DNA of 64,000 nt from Mobula hypostoma (Eukaryota). The stretch's first letter is position 1. Each line of letters opens with the position of its first letter. The stretch is from the NCBI RefSeq assembly GCF_963921235.1, contig NC_086108.1, forward strand, positions 75,766,001-75,830,000. Direction: 5' to 3'. Both the position numbers and the translations under genes were made by a program. The notes below the pieces were generated by a model that had not been told where the DNA came from, ran no database searches, and was given only the letters and a program-made list of their open reading frames with translations. Below are positions 14,292 through 27,755 of the stretch, one piece after another.

Positions 14292-14510
14292 CTTGTAGAC
14301 TTCAGAAAAAAATCCAGATCCAATTTTTTCACAGATAAAGTCATCAAGCCTAGTAAGTCTGGAGACAGCACTACTTAAGGCTCTGTATGATGAAGGAAAC
14401 ACTGTTGTTGATTGACCAATGGCACTACCATCCCTGCCGCCATCAAACTCTTCCAATCGCTCATGTCTTAATGGTAAAACTGCTATTGAATTTCTTTTAT
14501 TTCGATCCAT
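14292..14510 (-). CDS. TESK2: TESK2 (dual-specificity testis-specific protein kinase 2), first coding exon, 73 codons; whole exon 14292-14580 including 5'UTR
   Basis: Translation [25 protein letters not shown]...[35 protein letters not shown] matches the vertebrate TESK2 N-terminus and kinase Gly-loop. ATG at 14510 in strong context (ggaATGG), polypyrimidine+CAG acceptor at 14581-14583, AAG|GTCAGT donor at 14291. Confidence 0.95.
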
Positions 14511-15446
14511 TCCAAAGAATTCAGCCAGTGTGACTTTCACATTTTAGCATCCAGAGCTTCTTTACTTATTTGGACTCACACTGAAGAGAGAAAAAAATTT
14601 TTTAGTAATTCAGAGGGCTACAATTTACTCTCATGTAATAGTCAGAGCACAGCATTTAAGAGTTCTGGATGGCAATTCAAAAATTTAAACAAGGTCTTAT
14701 CTAAAACTGAGGGAACATTTCCGTTTGAGACTAGCAATGTGTGCATAAGGCATTGGAAATCAGTTTGCAAACAGTAGTCCTTTTCTTTAGTTATATTATA
14801 ATTAAGCTCCATAGCCAAGTCAAATGCAATTCTGAACATTGTTGCATTTTCTCAACAACTTAAGAAATCTCCCTATATTTCTAGTTCATAAATATTTTTC
14901 ACAATTGCAGCTGCAGATTCATTTTTCCACTGAATTTTTTTTTTTTAAAAAGGCACAAGTCTACAAAATTCCACTAGAGCTGGTACTGAGCTCCGACATT
15001 TCCCATCAGGAATGGCCAGGATATATCAGTGCCAGAATTGTACAACTGGCAACCAATGTGAAAGCAGCATAAACAGAGCCACGAGAGAATGTTCCTGCTT
15101 TATCAGCAACTGACTGCTTTCCAATTCCAATAGAATATTATCCCTATTCCAACCTACATACTTAAAAGCTAGGCTAGATCTGCCAACGATTAAGACTTTG
15201 AAAGTACGACTAAAAAAAAACAAAAATATACTTGAGTTAAAGAAGTTTCAGTGAGATAAAAACTTTCAATTTCAGGCTCAGTGTAATAATTAACAATTCC
15301 CAATCCAGCATCTTGTCCTGTAGAGCACACTGGTTTCCCCACCCCCACAAGTATAAGTAACCAGAGAATACAGATTCAAGGTAAAAAAAAACAAATAAAT
15401 TTGAGAGCTACAAACTGGAAAGGAGCTGAGCTATTCAGCAACACAA

Positions 15447-16537
15447 TCTATATACTACTAAAACCCTCATGCTCTGTTTGTTTGTGACCTCCAATTAGCG
15501 CAAACGGTGCATTACAGCGGCACTTTTTTTGGGTTAAATCGAATTAAAATGCGCTAACTTTCAGAATGCAGCCACAGTTCAGGGTTATATACTCGTATAA
15601 AATTGCTCATTCACAAAAATCAACAGGCTCCCTTTCAACCCGAAAGCCGATCCGCCATCATGGAAATTGGGACGCAACAGCCCGACGCATGCACACGGCC
15701 AGCCTCAGCAGCGATACCAACCGGAGCAAAAGGGCAGGGCAGCTCTATTTTGAGGGGTCACATTCTGCTAATCACCATCAGCATGTGCAGGATTGGGACA
15801 GATCTAACTGCCACCCATTAATAAGAGATAATTAAATCTCATTATAATGACATACTTCGAGACACCCATAAAACCCTTTGCTGCAGTCAAAGGACAGCGG
15901 TGACTATATCACGTCCATTTAGGAGAGCACCAACCACATCATCAAGAATAATCAGCATCCTTTGGTGTTACTGCTTCGTATCTTCTATCCAGCATTAGGG
16001 TAAAAAAAATGGTAAGCCTAATTACGCTGTGTGGAGGGGGAAAGGGGACATTATGGTCAAGAGATGATGCCAAATGTCATTGAGAAGCAGCAAGGAGAGG
16101 GAGAGAACAAGAATCAGATAGAGCCAGGTCCGCACGACTCCAGGATCAAAGAGTCAGGACAAAAAAAGATGAGAGAAGAAGAGACAGAGGAGGAGAGGCA
16201 TGTGCGTCTCCAGGATCAGAGACAAACAACAAACAGCAGAAGAGATGAAGAGACAAGGGATGAAAAGACTGCACGTCTCCAGAATGACAACAAGAGGCAC
16301 AAGGGTGGCAGATAAACACGAAATGATGCCATCAAAAGTGTCCTTCGTTAAACGAGGAGGAGCTATATTTGTTTTGCTGCATGTCGTTCTTCTTTAATAA
16401 ACTGAGGTTTTCTATTTCAGTGTCCAAAGCAAAGCGATACCAATAGCATTCAGCAAAATTTAATGTTCATTCTGGTCACATCAGACTGCACTACACTTCT
16501 CTCAAAGGGTGCCCCAACAGGTCACCCCGTTGTCTAG
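15447..16537 (+). mobile_element. Non-autonomous Helitron with STPR-like repeat remnant
   Basis: Inserted between host A and T with no TSD. 5' TCTATATACTACTAAAA, 3' imperfect hairpin CAACAGG-TCAC-CCCGTTG followed by CTAG. Internal ORF 16031-16315 has a 23-aa periodic ET..E+..RL repeat. Confidence 0.8.
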
Positions 16538-16909
16538 TGTTTCCCTAAAACTGACTTAAAATATATCTATCAGAAACTTAATTTAGCTGCCTTTATTCCA
16601 TATCCACTAATACTCTTAACCAGCACAAATTTCAAAACCTCAAATCAGTTCAGCATCCGATGACATTCCCTGTCTTAACATTTTGAAATTATGCCCCCTT
16701 GTTCAAAAACTCCCTAACTCCCTTGCAAAGGGAAAATGGAAGCTATTATCAATAACGTTTATGATAAAAATTCTGGAAAATCCCTCCGTGGAATGAAATC
16801 TGCAACTTTTACTATTTTGGCATACATGCATCTTATAATCCAAATGTGAATGGCACAGAAATGCTCTCCGCAATGACCAAAAAGGCATTTAGGGAAAATT
16901 AGCTATTAG

Positions 16910-19900
16910 GGAGTGAGGAGATAATTGATCAGAGTTACAGGGAAATAGTCGCCCCGAAGTTGCAGGAGGCAAGTAACTGGGTGATTGTCAGGAGGAATGG
17001 AAATATAAATAGACAGTTAGAGCAGAGCACACCTGTGGCCATTCCCCTCAAAAATAAGTATACCGCTTTGGATACTTTTGTGGGGGATGACCTCCCAGGG
17101 AATGCCACAACAACCAGGTTACAGGCACTGAGCATGGGTCCATGGTGCAGGAGGGAAAGAGAGAGAAGGGAGTGGTAATGATAGGGGACTCAATAGTGAG
17201 GGGAACAGACAGGAGGTTCTATGGACATGAATATGACACCTGGATGGTATGTTACCTCCCAGGTAACAGGCTCAGGGACATCTTGGATCACGTCCACAAC
17301 ATTTTGGATAAAGAGGGAGAGCAGCTAGATGTCCTGGTACATATTGGTGCCAATGAAATAGGAAGGAAAAGCAGAGAAGTCCTGAAAAGAGACTTTAGAG
17401 CTAGGTAGGAAGCTGAGGAGGAGGACCTCCAGGATAGCAATTTCTGGATTGCTGCCTGTGCCACACGCCAGTGAGGGTAGAAACAGGATGATTTGACAGA
17501 TAAATGTGCGACTGAGAAGCTGGTGCAGTGGGCAGGGCTTCAGATTCTTGTATCATTGGGATGTCTCCTGGGGGAGGTTGTTCAAAAGTGACAGGTTGCA
17601 CCTGAACCTGAGGGGAACCAATATTCTCGCAGGCAAGTTTGTTAGAGCTGTTGGGGAGGGTTTAAACTAATTTGGCAGGGGGTGGGAACCTGAATGATGG
17701 GACTCAGGACAGGATGGATGGTAAGAAAGTAAAGAGAGCGTGCAGTCAGACTGTCAGGAAGGGTAGGCAGATGATGGGACACTGTCTCATCCAACTGATG
17801 GAATGAAGGGATAGGTAAATGGGGGAAAAACAGAGGACAATGATTATAAGTTAATCAATCACCTTGTAAGCGCCTTAGCTTACTGCTTTGGACAAGTCAG
17901 AAAGAAGCTTCACTCTGCAACAGGTGACATACTGGCCATTATTGTCTAAAGATAGGCATAGGGTTAAATAAGGAACTAACTGATGATGCAGAAGCATCTC
18001 AAGGTACAGCTAAATATGGGAGGGATGAGGTAAGAGCTAGAATGTTCTTGAGAAAAGGGGAAGGGGCCCGAATGGGGAACTGATGGGCTAGCTTTGGCTT
18101 AATTATAACTAACTGACCAATGATTATCTTGCAACTAATTGCATCTTAGCATGTGATTGAAATGATTCTAATATTGTCTACACTTGTAATCATAAGGTTT
18201 CCTGCTACCTGATCAATGTTATAAATTGTGGAGAATTGTGTAATTCGGGGGCAGTGCCTGGACTGGCTCTTTTGGGAGATCAGTCTGTAACTTCCCCCAT
18301 AGCATGCTATGAGTAGAGAATAAAGGTTTGAAAAGAATTACGTGTCAGTGTATTCGTGGTACAATTGCTCTTGCATTGGGTCCAATCGAGTACGACACAA
18401 CAGGGTGAGTATCAGTACATTAGGGATGCAAAATCAAAAAGGATAGCAAATACTGTACTTAAGGTGTTGTATCTCAATGCGTGGGGTATAAGAAATAAGG
18501 TGGATGATCTTGTTGCACTATTACAGGTTGTCAGGTATGATGTTGTGGTCATCACGGAATATTGGCTGAAGGATGGTTCTAATTTGGAGCTGAATGTCCA
18601 AAGTTACACGATATATCAGAGGGATAGGAAGGTAAGCAGAGGAGGCATAGCTCTACTAGTAAAGAATGGCATCAAATCAGTAGAAAGATGTGACATGGGA
18701 TTGAAAGATGTTGAATCCTTGTGGATTGAGTTAAGAAACTGCAAGGGTAAAAGGACCCCGATGGCAGTTATATACAAGCCTCCCAACAGTGGCTGGGAGG
18801 TGAGCCACAAATTACAACAGGAAACAGAAAAGGTGTGTCAAAAGGCCAATGCTACGATAGTCATGGCAGAGCAGTTTGTCGTTGAGCCTACTAGGGGATC
18901 AGCTATACTGGTTTGGGTGTTATGTAATGAACCAGAGGTGATTAGGGAGCTAAAGGTAAAAGAACCTTTTGGAACCAGTGATCACAATATGATTGTGTTC
19001 AACTTGAAATCTGACAGGGAGAAAGTAAAGTCTGGCGTAGCAGTATTTCAGTGGAACAAGAGAAATTACAGTGGCATGAGAGGTGAGTTGGTCAAAGTAA
19101 ATTGGAAGGAGCTGCTGGCAGGGATGTCAGCAGAGCAGCAATGGCGTGAGTTTCTGGGGAAAATGAGGACGGTGCAGGACATGGGTATTCCAAAAATAAA
19201 TAAATACCCAAATGGCAAAATAATACAACCATGGCTGACAAGGGAAGTCAAAACGAATGTAAAAACAAAAGAGAGGGCATACAACAAAGCAAAAATTAGT
19301 GGGAAGATAGAGGATTGGGAAGATTTTAAAAACCTACAGAGTACAACTTTAAAAAATCATTAGAAGGGAAAAGATGAAGTATGAAAGCAAGCTCACAAAT
19401 AATATCAAAGTGGATAGTAAAAGCTTTTTCAAGTATGTTAAAAATAGAAGAGATGAGAGTGGATATAGGACCGCTAGAAAATGAGGCTGGAGCAATAATA
19501 ACAGGAGACAAGGAGATGGCTGATGAACTGAGTATTTTCCAACAATCCTCACTGTGGAAGACATCTAGCAGTGTGCCAGATGTTGTAGTGTGTAAAGGAA
19601 GAGAAGTGAGTGCAGTAACTATTACAAGGGAGAAGGTGCTCAAAAAGCTGAAAGACCTAAAAGTACATTTATGTCACCCAACCAGATGAACTGTGCCCTA
19701 GGGTTCTGAAAGAGGTAGCATTAGAGATTGTGGTGGCATTAGAAATGATCTTTCCAAAAATCATTGGACTCTGGCATAGTGCCATAGGACTGGAAAATTG
19801 CAAATGTCACTCCACTTTTTAAAGGAAGGAGGAAGGTAGCAGAAAGGGAATTATAGACCAGTTAGCCTGACCTCAGTGGTTGGGAAGATGTTAGAGTCAA

Positions 19901-21200
19901 TTGTTAAGGATGAGGTGATGGAGTACTTGGTGACACAGGACAAGATAGGACAGAGTCAGCATGGTTTCCTTCAGGGTAAATCTTGCCTGACAAACCTGTT
20001 GGAATTCTTTGAGAAGATTACAAGTAGGATAGATAAAGGGAATGCAATGGATGTTGTATATTTGGACTTTCAGAAGGCTTTTGACAAGGTGCTACAGATG
20101 AGGCTGCTTACCAAATTAAGAGCCCATGATATTACAGGAAAGTTACTAACATGGTTAGAGCAGTGGCTGATCGGAAGAAGGCAGCGAGTGGAAATAAAAT
20201 AATCCTGGTCTGGTTGGCTGCCAGTGACTAGTGGTGTTCGACACAGGGTCAGATTTGGGACCACTTCTATTCATGCTGTATACAAATGATTTAGATGATG
20301 AAATAGATGACTTTGTTGCCAAGTTTGTAGATGATACAAAGATTGGTGGAGGGGCAGGAAGTGTTGAGGAAACAGGGTGGGATGCAGAAGGACTTAAGGC
20401 AGATTAGGAGAATGGGCAAGGAAGCGGCAAATGAAATATAAAGTTGGAAAACGCACGGTCATGCACTTTGGTAGTGGAAATAAATGTGCAGCCTATTTTT
20501 TAAGTGGGGAGAAAATCGAAAACTCTGAGATGCAAAGGGACTTAGGAGTCCTTGTGCAGAACACCCTATAGGTTAACCTGCAGGTTGAGTCGGTGGTGAG
20601 GAAGGCAAATCCAATGTGAGCATTAATTTCAAGAGTTCTAGAATACAAGAACAGGGATGTGATGCTGAGGATTTAAGGCACTGATGAGGTCTCATTTTGA
20701 GTATTGTGCAGAGTTTGGGCCGCTCATCTTAGAAAAGACGTGCTGGCATTGGAAAGGGTCCAGAGGCGGTTCACAAGGATGATTCCAGGGATGAAAGAGT
20801 TATCATACGAGGAACATTTGATGGCTCTGGGTCTGTACTCACTGGAATTTAAGGATGAGGGGGGATCTCATTGCTACCTTTCGAATGTTGAAAGGCCTAG
20901 ACAGAGTAGATATGGTCTAGAACAAGAGGGCACAATTTCAGAATGGGGGGGGGCGTCCATTCAAAACAGATGAGGAAAAAATATATTTAGCCAAAGGATA
21001 GTGAATTTGTGGAATTTGTTGCCATGTGCAGCTGTGGAGGCCAGGTCGATGGGTGTATTTCAGGCAGAGATTGATAGGTTCTTGACTAGACATGGCATCA
21101 AAGGTTACGGGGAGAAGGCTAAGAAATGGGGTTGAGGAGGAGAGGGGAAAAAAAAGTATCAGCCATGATTGGTGGAGCAGACTCGATGGGCCAAATGACT
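16910..21200 (+). mobile_element. Near full-length degraded CR1 LINE (ORF1 SGNH esterase; ORF2 APE endonuclease + RT)
   Basis: VMIGDSIVRG...VHIGANEIG (ORF1), LYLNAWGIRNK...SDHNMI (APE), QHGFLQGKSCLTNLLEFF...VYLDFQKAFDKV (RT). Confidence 0.95.
17783..18397 (+). mobile_element. Probable solo LTR inserted between CR1 ORF1 and ORF2
   Basis: 615-bp non-CR1 block with TGTC...GACA termini, TATAAA near 18220 and AATAAA at 18319; TSD not clean. Confidence 0.6.
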
Positions 21201-22164
21201 TAATGAAGCAGTGTTCAAAAGCTAACCCTGCTCTCCTTGACTAGATGCCATTTGACATTGCTCAAGTTTGCTTTCCTGAAGTAGTTTATTATCAAGTCAA
21301 ATTACAAGTCCCTTTGTCATAAACCATTACTAGGAATTCTATGGCAGCCATTAACCAATAACATGCAAGTGATAATTCCATGCAAGTGAAACTCACACAC
21401 GAAAAATGCCTGTATTCTTCCATACTACTTTATAAATACATTAAAATTACTCATGTACTGTGAATAAGTTGAATGAATTGAAATCACATGCAGAATAGTT
21501 TCATATTCTACAATGTCTAATTTTGAAATCCCTGTATCTTGGTGAAATTTATTACTTTAGCTAAGTTACAATTTCGCTATTTAAATTGCTGTTTTTGTCA
21601 CCAACAGATATAAAAAAAAATCTGGTCATTGCCTTACAGCTTGTCCATACATACAAACATTTGGTGTTTCATGTTGGAGAAACTTAACAGTACATGGACA
21701 CAAAAAGTGCATTCTCCACCACCACCACACCCCCTCCCCACTTCCAACGGCATTGCTTGGGAATCTCAGTTAATTTTCTTCGCAATATCAATCTGCAATA
21801 GCATTCACCAAACAAAATCTAAAATCAATGGTTCACCCCTAAAAAGCTTTCCTTAAGGAAAAAACACTTCCTCATCATGATGTACAATGATGCAAGGCTT
21901 AAGCACACAAGATCATCTTATACATCATGACAATAACGTATCTAAGGCACTGCAGAATCCTGCTGCCTCCACATACAAGAATACTAGTAGGTTATGAATT
22001 CTACTATACAAGTCAGATAGCTCAGTGAGGAGATGAATGCTGTATATTCCAATTACATTTTTTGCAATGGTGCTATAAAAATATTAACACCATGACAATG
22101 CTCTATTTAAAATACAACACGGTCTTATAAATCAAGTGGCACAGAGTAACAGTCAGATAGCCTT

Positions 22165-23734
22165 AAGAAAGCCAAGGTATTCCCCTTCTTTACAGTTTTC
22201 ATTGTTTTACACCATCGAATCACAGTGGATTCAGCTTGTATTTTTTAACACTGATCAACAGAAAAACTCTTTCAAGCCAAAGTGAAAACAGATCTCTACA
22301 AAGTAATCAAACTTAATTCCAAATATAAAACACAATGTAATTGATTAAATAAGTAGTCACTCCCTTCAAGTCAGTTTTTAGTAGAGGCACCTTTGGCAGC
22401 AATTACAGCCTTTGAGTCTGTGTGGATAGGTGTCTATCAGCTGCTCCATCAGGTTGCACGGGGATCATGAGTGAACAGCCTTTTTCTAAGTCCAGCCACA
22501 AGTCCTCAATTGGATTGAAGTCTAGACACTGACTTGGCCACTCCAGGACATTAACTTTGTTGTTTTTAAGTCATTCCTAAGTAGCTTTGGCTTTATGCTT
22601 GGGGGTTATTGTCTGGCTGGAAAACAAATCTTCTCCCAAGTCGCAGTTCTCTTGCACACTGTATCAGGTCTTCCTCCAGGATTTCCCTATATTTTGCTGC
22701 ATTCATTTTATCCTCTGCCCTTTACAAGCCTTCCAGGCTGATGGCCAAAAAGCTCAATTTTGGTTTCATCAGACCATCGAACCTTCTTCCTGCTGACTTC
22801 AGTCTTACATATGCCTTGTGGCAAAAACTAGCCAAGATTTCAAGGTAGTTTTTCTTCCCCCACCTCGCCCCCCAACAGTGGCTTTCTCTTTGCCACTCTC
22901 CCATAAAGCTGCGACTGGTGAAGCACCAAGGCAACAGTTGTATGTGTAGTCTTTCCCATCTCAGCCACTGAAGCTTTTAATTCCTCCAGAATTGTCACAG
23001 ATCTCTTTGTGGCCTCCCTCACTAGTCCCCTTCTTGCACGGTCACTCAATTCTTTGAGGACGGCCTGCTCCAAGCAGATTTACAGCTGTGTCATATTCTT
23101 TCCGTTTCTTGATGATTGACTTAACTGTACTCCAAGGGATATTCAGTGACTTGGAGATTATCTTGCATCCATCTCATGACTTTCCAATTACCTTTTCACA
23201 CAGTTGCTTGGAGTGTTCTTTTGTCTTCATGGTGTAGTTTTTGCCAGGGTACTGACTCACCAGCAGATGTATTTTTTTTCCCCCCATTTGAAACACCTTG
23301 ACCGCACACAGGTGATCTCCATTTAATTAATTATGTGACTTCTAAAACCAATTGGCTGCACCAGTGATGGTGTGATGAGTCATTAAAGGGATGAATACCT
23401 ATGCAATAAGTTTGTCAGTAATTTACATCACTTTGTCAAGATCTGTTTTCACTTTGACATGAAGTCTTTCTGTTGATCACTGCTTTTAAAAAAGCCAAAT
23501 TAAATCTGCAAACACGAGGAAATCTGCAGACGCTGGAATTTCAAGCAACACGCACAAAAATTGCTGGTGAATACAACAGGCCTGACAAAGGGTCTTGGCC
23601 CGAAATGTCGACTATACCTCTTCCTATAGATGCTGCCTGGTCTGCTGCGTTCACCAAATTAAATCCACTGTGATTCAACGTTGTAAAACAATAAGAGATC
23701 TTCCAAGGGGCTGAATTTCTTTTTATAGGCACTG
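22165..23734 (-). mobile_element. Degraded Tc1-family transposon with long TIRs
   Basis: Transposase remnant LVREATKR...LEELKASVAEMG...GLYGRVAKRKPLL-like (QLYGRVAKRKPLL). Right end CACTG|TA; internal inverted matches (CTGATCAACAGAAA / TTTCTGTTGATCA, AAAGTGAAAACAGATCT / AGATCTGTTTTCACTTT). Left terminus eroded. Confidence 0.85.
23507..23653. mobile_element. Short fold-back PLE tail insertion inside a Tc1 TIR
   Basis: 12-bp TSD CCAAATTAAATC (23495-23506 / 23654-23665); minus-strand 3' end joined to a plus-strand segment starting at CCTGACAAAGGG. Confidence 0.85.
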
Positions 23735-24929
23735 TACACAATCCAAATGAATGGCACAACAGGCTCAAGGAGCCAAATAGTTTATTGCTGTTCCCACACA
23801 AGGCAGAATGAATTCAACACTAATTCATCTCATAACCTGAGACGATCTCACATAACAAAAGAGAAGAAACAGGTATTAAATGTCCTATAAAGTACAACCC
23901 ATTCATCATTGTGAAGAGTGAAAAGCAAAAATTTAAGAGCACCGGCAATATGAATCTTGTAGGCAGCACAGTAAGACAGGAATAAAACAAGGAGTACTCA
24001 ATCAGAAAGACATGATAGGAATCAATGTGGCCTCATGGAAAAGCCACATAAGTAACACCTGTTATGGTCTCAATAAAAAAACCTTAGAAATGACTAGCAA
24101 GATTTCTAGTGTCTGATATCAAGATCATTAAAAATTAGTTTCACTTTGAGTTAAGCTTTCAGGGTTTGTATGGATGCAGTCTGACTCCAAATTGTTCCTT
24201 TTCAGATACTCCAACTCAATCTGAAAGCATTATAAAAAAGGAACAAAAATACTTTCCATATTTTCTCACACCAACAAAAAATTGCTGCAGCAGTTAAATT
24301 AACAATTCTGTTCCTGTTTGCCAACATAAACAACCATTGTCAGAGACAATTATTTTGTTTTTCAAAATTCCCTATCTCAAAAATCATTTTGAATGGCAAA
24401 TGAAACTAAAACTACTTGTACTATAAAATGTACAAGCCAAAAATCACAAGTCTAGAAGGATTTAATTTAAATTGAATGAGCTACAATTCCTTGTCTTGCC
24501 CATTTACTTCAATGGTAAAGTAAGTTAAACCAGCAACACTTTATAATACAAACATAAATAAAAGGCTTATTGGGGTGACTGAAGAATGCATGGAGAATGC
24601 CATTTTATATCCCAGTTAAATATGACATCTCTTTTGTTAACTATTTGAGGAAGTTTCATCTTAAAGTAAATGAAGCCCCTCTTTAAAACACAGAGCAGTG
24701 TTACTTAAATAATTTCATATGCACTTTTTTCTGAAACTTGAATTTCCTCTTCACCTTTCCTACTTCTGACAAACTTCTTGCTAAAAATGAGGTGCATGAA
24801 ATGTATTTGCACTTATAAATTGCTTAAAATAACATGCATGTTACAAATTACTAAATTATGCTCAATCCCTTCATTACTGAGTTTATTATCCTAACTCTCA
24901 AATTCCAGTTAAAGCTGTACAAGATAAAA

Positions 24930-26230
24930 ATAGTCCATTTAGACCATTGTATCGATACATCATGTCTGTCTTAACTAATCCTACTTGTCTGCACAAACCC
25001 CTCTATGCCTTACTCACTCAAGCACCTGACAAGATGCCTCAAATGTTACTGTTCCAAACTCCATCACCTCATCTGGCAGCTCAACCTGGAAATCCAACTC
25101 CCCAGTGTGTTTGAAACCCTTTAAACTTCCTCCCTCTAACCTTATATATATGCCTTCTGATTTTAGACTCTCCTACCATGGGAAAGAAACTGACTATCAT
25201 ATTTAAGCCTCTTAATTTTACTATGTTTTATCAAGTCACCTCTCAGTGATGTCATTGCAGCATGGATAAGTGGGCAGAAAGGTCAGTTTCTGTGCTGTAT
25301 GACCTTGACTCGTCTTCCCATCCTCATGAACCTTTACTGCATCCTCTTTGGCTTAATTGTATCCTTCCTGTCGTGTGGTAACCAGAACTGCACACAATAC
25401 TCAGAACAGCTTGACAAGCACTTTCTACAGCAGTAACATGACATCCTGTAACTCTTCTACTCTATGCCTCAGCCAAAGGAGGTAAGCATGTTATATGCTT
25501 TCGCCAATACCATCTACCCAATTTGCCACTTTCAGGAAATTAGGAACTTGTATTTCCAAGTCAATCTTTTTGTTCAACAACACTGCCTAGGACCCTGCCA
25601 CTTACTATGTGCATCCTGCACTGGTTTAACTTCCTAAAATGCATCACTTTGCACTTGTACAAGTTAAAATTTCATCCAACATTCCTCAGCCCACATTTTC
25701 AGTTGAACTATATCATGTTGCAACCTTAGACAACCTTTATCACTGTAACCTTACATAAATTTTTGTATTAGCTGCAAATTTGCTAATCAATCATTAATAT
25801 ACATGACAAAGAACCCAGCACAGCAGTTGTCACAAGCCTCCAATCTGAAAAATCACTTCTATGACCATTCTCTGCCTCCTACCACAAAGTCAATTTTGTA
25901 TCCAAATTGCCTGATCACCCTGGATCCTACAGAGTAGGCAGGAAGGTTAGAACATCATGTGCAACCTTCTCAACGGCCTTACTAAAGAGAACAGCTTCTG
26001 CCCTGGTCTTATCAATGATCTTAATCACCTCTTTAAAAAGCTCAAATTTGAGAAACATTATTTCCTATGCGCAAAGCCATGGTAATCATTCCTAATCAGT
26101 CCTTGATTTTCAAAATGTATACAAACCCTGCCCCTCAGAAACTCACTAACTTTCCAACCAGTGCTGCAAGGCCTACAGGCCTGGTTTCTTTGCTACCCTT
26201 CTTAAATTAAGACAGCATTAGTCTTCCCAG
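24930..26230 (-). mobile_element. Old CR1 LINE fragment
   Basis: Reverse complement of YCVQFWLP (ACCAGAACTGCACACAATACTC) and upstream RT motifs; highly decayed. Confidence 0.7.
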
Positions 26231-26821
26231 TGGAGGTCAATTATTCTTTATACATATCAACATTAATATAGCAAAATTATGAAAAATCATACTGTCTCAC
26301 AGAAAATCTGTGAAAAACAAGCAGAAAAGGAGCAATTTTCAGTTGGTTAAACAGTTGGGTCTTCTAGTAAAAAATATAGGGCAATGTCAAAGTGGCGGGA
26401 GGAAGTCCATGTTATATTGTCTTGTAAGATGAAGATAAAACCTTTAATGATGCTGCAGAACACAAGCTAAAGCAATACATACAGTCTCTTGCCATTCAAT
26501 AAAAGCATTGTTTACCTTTTACTTCAAAAGCACCTTCCCACAGTATGTGCATATTGATTAATTCTAGTAATATCAAAGAATCATTTGTACTACCTTGGGT
26601 ATATCATGGGTCTCTTGGCTAAAGAACTCCAAGAATTCACTCTGCTCAAGCTGAATCAACTTCTCATCTCAGTCTTAAATGTCCAATCTCTGAATCTGAA
26701 GAAATAGCTTCTGGGAGTGAAAATGACTGTCAGAATAGTGTCCCCACATCCACCCTTCAATACCAAATAGAATGTCATTTCAATGTGATGACTTGTTCTA
26801 AAAGCAATACAAGATTGATCT

Positions 26822-27755
26822 AAAACAAGAGAAAATCTGCAGACGCTGGAAATCCAAGCAACACACACAAAACACTGGAGGAACTCAGCAGGCCAGGCAG
26901 CATCTATAGAAAAGGGTACAGTTGATGTTTAGAGACGAGACCCTTCAGCAGGACTGGAGAAAAAAAGACGAGAAATCAGAGTTTAAAGGTGGTGGGAGGG
27001 GAAGGAGGAACACAAAGTGATAGGTGAAACCAGGAGGGGGAGAGGTGAAGAAAAGATCTGGGAAGTTGATAGGTAAAAGAGATACAGGGCTGGAGAAGGG
27101 GGAATCCGATAGGAGAGAGCAGGCAGCCATGGAAGAATGAAAAAGGGGGAGGAGCACCAGAACAAGGTGATGGGCAGGCAAGGAGATAAGGTGAGAGGAG
27201 GGAATGGGGTGGGAAAAGATGGGGGGGAGGGGAAGAACCCATTACCAGAAGCTCAAGAAATCGATGTTCATGCCATCAGGTTGGAGGCTACCCAGATGGA
27301 ATACAAGGTGTCACTCCTCCAACCTGCAAGTGGTCTCATCACGACAGTAGAAGGGACCATGGACTGGCATGTCACAATGGGAATGGGAAGTGGAATTAAA
27401 TCTGGTAGCCACTGGGAGATCCCATTTTTTCCTGACAGAGTGTAGGTGCTCGACAAAGCGGTCTCCTAATCTGTATCAGGTCCCAATGATATACAGCAGA
27501 CCGCACCAATAACAGTAGATGACCCCAACAGACTCACAGGTGAAGTGTCACCTCACCTGGAAGAATTGTTTAGGGCCCTGAATGGCAGGGAGGGAGGTGG
27601 TGTAGGGACAGGTGTAGCATTTGTTCCACTTGCAAGGATAAGTGCCAGGAGGGAGATCAGTGGGGAAGGACGAATGGACAAGGGAGTCACTCGCGTAGGG
27701 AGTGATCCCTGAAGAAAGTGGGGGGGGAGGGGGGGAATGTGCTTGGTGGTGGGAA
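26822..27755 (-). mobile_element. 5'-truncated Penelope-like element (GIY-YIG region + tail)
   Basis: Homologous to 4480-5418 in the opposite orientation. Confidence 0.9.

Noticed and set aside
14511..14540. N-terminal extension [10 protein letters not shown] of TESK2 from the ORF track
   Set aside because: Starts at GTG; homology and Kozak context support the ATG at 14510.
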